Shown: positions 56,750 to 59,554 of the stretch, in pieces
Position numbering within the stretch: position 1 is the first letter of the stretch
How the letters are laid out: the number at the start of each line of letters is the position of its first letter
IMG/VR virus record: IMGVR_UViG_3300027644_000013
Location: 1 to 59,554 of that record
DNA from: a virus
Taxonomy: Duplodnaviria; Caudoviricetes
Strand: one strand, 5' to 3'
DNA length: 59,554 bases
Made by a program: the position numbers and the translations under genes
The notes under the pieces: generated by a model
What the model was told of the DNA's origin: nothing
Seen by the model: only the letters and a program-made list of their open reading frames with translations
Database searches by the model: none

Positions 56750-57157
56750 ATGAAAACAATCATAAAAACAAAAACCTCCTTTGAAGTTACTATTCCCGCT
56801 GGTCGCTATTACTTGGGCGATCCTTGCTATGTCATCCGTGATGATGATTGGATTCCCCTGCTCGAAAACTGCGACTACTTCCGCAACCCTGTGGGCGAGG
56901 TCGGCGGATACCAGATCCTTGCCTTTGGCACAAAACACGGAGACGGAGTCTATTTCGACAAGGGTGGGAGAAAATATGGGGTCGATGCTGGGTTGATCGG
57001 GCTTGTCCCTGTGGCCTACGGAGGCAGGGAACACGAAAACAGGGAGGTTGAGTTCAAGTCCCCAACCCTGTGCTGGAACAATGACGGCGTTCTCCACTTT
57101 GGAAGCATCAAAATCAATACAGACGATTCGGGCTGGGATTCTGAGGACGACGAATAA
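56750..57157 (+). CDS. Conserved viral GDPCY-motif protein
   Basis: AGRYYLGDPCYV, TKHGDGVY, VDAGLIGLVP. Confidence 0.75.
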   Translation: MKTIIKTKTSFEVTIPAGRYYLGDPCYVIRDDDWIPLLENCDYFRNPVGEVGGYQILAFGTKHGDGVYFDKGGRKYGVDAGLIGLVPVAYGGREHENREVEFKSPTLCWNNDGVLHFGSIKINTDDSGWDSEDDE

Positions 57158-57182
57158 TCGAAACACCAAAGGACTACACCTT

Positions 57183-57773
57183 ATGAACATCAACCTAACT
57201 GGATTCACAACGACGACGGAAAAGAAGAAGAAAACCGAGAAGCCTATCATCCCCTGCCCTGCGGAGGCGGTGACTAGCTTCGTGGAAGCCAAGGCCTCCT
57301 TTGAGAGTGCCGAGGGAGTCCTCAAGGCAACCAAGGGTATTCTCCTTGAACACGCTTCCCAAGAGTTCTGGAAGCTCAACAATCAGCGGGCTTCGCAAGG
57401 CCAAGAACCCGCATCCACGGCAGAGATGCTCGGCGACAATGTTATCGCCCGAATCACCTGTGCGAGGATTTATCCTGTGGTGACGGATACTGCTCCCCTC
57501 GTTGCCATCGTTGGCGAGAAGGTTGCCTTGTCGGGCTTCCGTCAGACCTTCGATTTCAAAGTCGAGGGTGCAAAGCTCCCCGCTGGCTCGGCTCAAGCAT
57601 TCGTCGATGGGCTTCGGGACTTGGTCGCCAAGTGCGGTGGTGGCGAGGCTGTCACGATCAAGGCTGGCATCCAACCCACCGAGCAGTTCCACACCGAGCG
57701 TCACAAGCTCCTCACCCCCGAACAGAATATGGCGTTACAGGCCGTATGCCCTGCGAGGATCTATGTTGCTTGA
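57183..57773 (+). CDS. Early hypothetical protein
   Basis: Leader motif; biased codon use. Confidence 0.7.
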   Translation: MNINLTGFTTTTEKKKKTEKPIIPCPAEAVTSFVEAKASFESAEGVLKATKGILLEHASQEFWKLNNQRASQGQEPASTAEMLGDNVIARITCARIYPVVTDTAPLVAIVGEKVALSGFRQTFDFKVEGAKLPAGSAQAFVDGLRDLVAKCGGGEAVTIKAGIQPTEQFHTERHKLLTPEQNMALQAVCPARIYVA

Positions 57774-58347
57774 ACGGCGTATGCCCTTTTTGACTTACCC
57801 CCTGCGACCATTTAGTTGCAGAGGGGCGAGTCAGAACAAAGCCTTTTCAAATTGGGCTTTCGAGCCAAAGGCAAACGGCTGGCGTTGCTTGGTAGATCTT
57901 CAAGATGGGGTCGTGTGGTCAAGACACGGCAAACCTTTCTCGATGGCCTCCCAAGTGATGTCAGTCGTGCGGGGCGACGGATACAACTTCGGAGCTGTGC
58001 GTTGGCTGGATTGCGAGTTGCTTGGCCGACGCACCAAGACAGGAGCTGGGTCAGTCCTCTTGTTAGATGTCGTGGGCGATGGGACTTACGCCGAACGCAG
58101 AGACTGGCTCTCTGTGCTTCTGGAGTGTCCTTGGGATGACATTCCCAAAGGTCGTTTCCTCCGCCTACCCAGCTTCACGCAGTCCGAGGCCGTCCAAGCG
58201 ATTGAGACGATGAAGGCCGTCAATGCTTTGAGAAAAGAAGTGGTATGGGAGGGAGTGGTCTGCAAACACCCCCTTTCCAAATATGAAACACAAACCCGCT
58301 CGCCCGATGCGGAATGCAGATTTTGGGCAAAGGATAGGTTTATCTAA
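57763..58347 (+). CDS. ATP-dependent ligase-type nucleotidyltransferase domain without OB fold
   Basis: FEPKANGWR (motif I), WSRHGK, LDCEL (III), LLDV (IIIa), EGVVCK (IV), WAK (V), then stop. Confidence 0.8.
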   Translation: MLLERRMPFLTYPLRPFSCRGASQNKAFSNWAFEPKANGWRCLVDLQDGVVWSRHGKPFSMASQVMSVVRGDGYNFGAVRWLDCELLGRRTKTGAGSVLLLDVVGDGTYAERRDWLSVLLECPWDDIPKGRFLRLPSFTQSEAVQAIETMKAVNALRKEVVWEGVVCKHPLSKYETQTRSPDAECRFWAKDRFI

Positions 58348-58348
58348 T

Positions 58349-58696
58349 ATGGAATACACCAACACCAAAGTTCAGAAAAACGATGACGGCTCGATTGCTA
58401 TCTGGTTTTCCCCAGACGGCAATCCAAGGGTCAGATATTATGCCACAGGATATGTGCCAAAAAGCTACGAGGGACACATCGAACTTCATTTGTTACAAAA
58501 GGGAGAGGCTTGGCCTGTTAAAGGCAAGGACAGGCTTTGCTGGGGAATCGCATCTTGGTTCGGCGGGAGTTTTTATCCCTATCAACCCCTTGGAGATAAG
58601 CCAAACAAGAAAACTGGAGTTTGCCCAACCAAGCACGAACACGCCCTACTCCACGCCATCGACCAGATCCCCAAGCTCAAGGAGTTGCTCAAATGA
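58349..58696 (+). CDS. Early hypothetical protein
   Basis: ATG two bases after the ligase stop. Confidence 0.55.
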   Translation: MEYTNTKVQKNDDGSIAIWFSPDGNPRVRYYATGYVPKSYEGHIELHLLQKGEAWPVKGKDRLCWGIASWFGGSFYPYQPLGDKPNKKTGVCPTKHEHALLHAIDQIPKLKELLK

Positions 58697-58788
58697 TCGC
58701 AACCCTAACCCCCAACGAAGAATGGCTCTTTATAACCCTATCCCTCCTCATCCTTGTGTTTGTCGGATGGGTCGTTTGGAAAAGTTAG
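58693..58788 (+). CDS. 31-aa single-TM peptide (not in ORF track)
   Basis: MIATLTPNEEWLFITLSLLILVFVGWVVWKS; ATGA coupling. Confidence 0.5.
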   Translation: MIATLTPNEEWLFITLSLLILVFVGWVVWKS

Positions 58789-58831
58789 CAACAGCAGAGG
58801 ACTCCATAACAAAGAAAGGAAACTAAAAAAT

Positions 58832-59239
58832 ATGGGATATGAATTATATATGAAGGTCGGGAAAGTTCCCGAAACTGACATTCTCAAAAATAAGAGAGGC
58901 CAGCGTTGGTTCAACGAGGAGTGCGTCATTGATCTGTGCAAGTGCGGTGAATCAAATGTCGGCAGACTGGCTGGAGATTATATGACAAAAGGCAAGGCTC
59001 TCCTGTACTGGTATGAGAACGACAAAGAAGTGACAGAAGATGTCTGCGGAGACAAGCCTACGCCTATTCCCACAAGGTTAGTCATCGAAGCCCTTCGCAA
59101 GGATGTGAAGGTGCTAGACTACGGCGACAACGACCGCCCATACAGACGCTTTGAGTGGGCGTTATCCCTGCTTGAAGCCATCGAGAAGCGGGACAACGGC
59201 AAAAAGAAAGAGTTCTGCGTCATCTTCAACGGACACTAG
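58832..59239 (+). CDS. Early hypothetical protein
   Basis: MGYELYMKVG...IDLCKCG; AAGGA RBS. Confidence 0.65.
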   Translation: MGYELYMKVGKVPETDILKNKRGQRWFNEECVIDLCKCGESNVGRLAGDYMTKGKALLYWYENDKEVTEDVCGDKPTPIPTRLVIEALRKDVKVLDYGDNDRPYRRFEWALSLLEAIEKRDNGKKKEFCVIFNGH

Positions 59240-59261
59240 CAACACCAGAGGACTCCATAAT

Positions 59262-59554
59262 ATGAAAACAATAAGTTTGAAAACAATAAATTACTACGGA
59301 ACAAGGGACAACTACATACACCTCAAGTTTGGAGATTGCAGGAAGCGTTACAACTTCACCAAGAAGTTTATTAAAGAACATTCAGACTTTGCGAAGAAGT
59401 ATCAGCGATATTTTGAAACTGGCGAACGAGATTGGGATGGATTCAGGTCGCCCTTCGAGGTGGTGGCCTATGCCTTTAAGAAAAAGACACCAGTTCATTT
59501 CTATTACAACTTCACGGACACACCCGCAACAGACTACAACGAAATCATATCTTA
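59262..59554 (+). CDS. 97-aa early protein reaching the window end
   Basis: Leader motif plus ATG; open to the end, last codon TA completed by base 1 (A). Confidence 0.7.
   Translation, partial: MKTISLKTINYYGTRDNYIHLKFGDCRKRYNFTKKFIKEHSDFAKKYQRYFETGERDWDGFRSPFEVVAYAFKKKTPVHFYYNFTDTPATDYNEIIS

Noticed and set aside
1-59554. tRNA/rRNA genes, alternative genetic code, and specific host assignment
   Set aside because: No cloverleaf or rRNA recognised; genes are intact in the standard code; the host (diderm, possibly PVC-group by impression) cannot be established from sequence alone

Overview
The window looks like a complete or near-complete ~59.5 kb tailed dsDNA bacteriophage genome, probably circular or circularly permuted: the last ORF is closed by a TAA formed across the end/start junction. 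It encodes a small serine resolvase beside an iteron-like non-coding region, a SET-domain protein, small basic proteins, a tail fibre plus an LRR protein, the large terminase and a 5440-aa large polyvalent (DarB-like) protein. These are followed by the portal, an inverted Cys-rich/glycosyltransferase module, scaffold, N4-gp56-like major capsid, two adaptor-like genes, a Ser-rich triplet and lysis genes. A leftward recombination/replication arm (initiator, RusA, Cas4-like nuclease, annealing protein) and a rightward early region (C5 methyltransferase, ligase-like domain) complete it. I could not recognise a DNA polymerase, integrase, tape measure, tail tube or sheath, tRNA or CRISPR array. Top observations: (1) three genes where tail genes are expected encode ~100-residue strands with strict two-residue periodicity and together resemble a split Trypco2-like fold, suggesting a hetero-oligomeric beta-barrel DNA-conduit tube; (2) the giant protein is punctuated by seven LxSRG[LI] motifs that bracket a helicase, a sigma-factor-like module and a metallopeptidase, suggesting a processed polyprotein; (3) a palindromic TGCG(T/A)CGCA site centred 54-56 nt upstream of eight start codons; (4) small proteins sharing a C-terminal KIN[IV]xKxYxE tag. 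Family names come from recalled motifs, not database searches.
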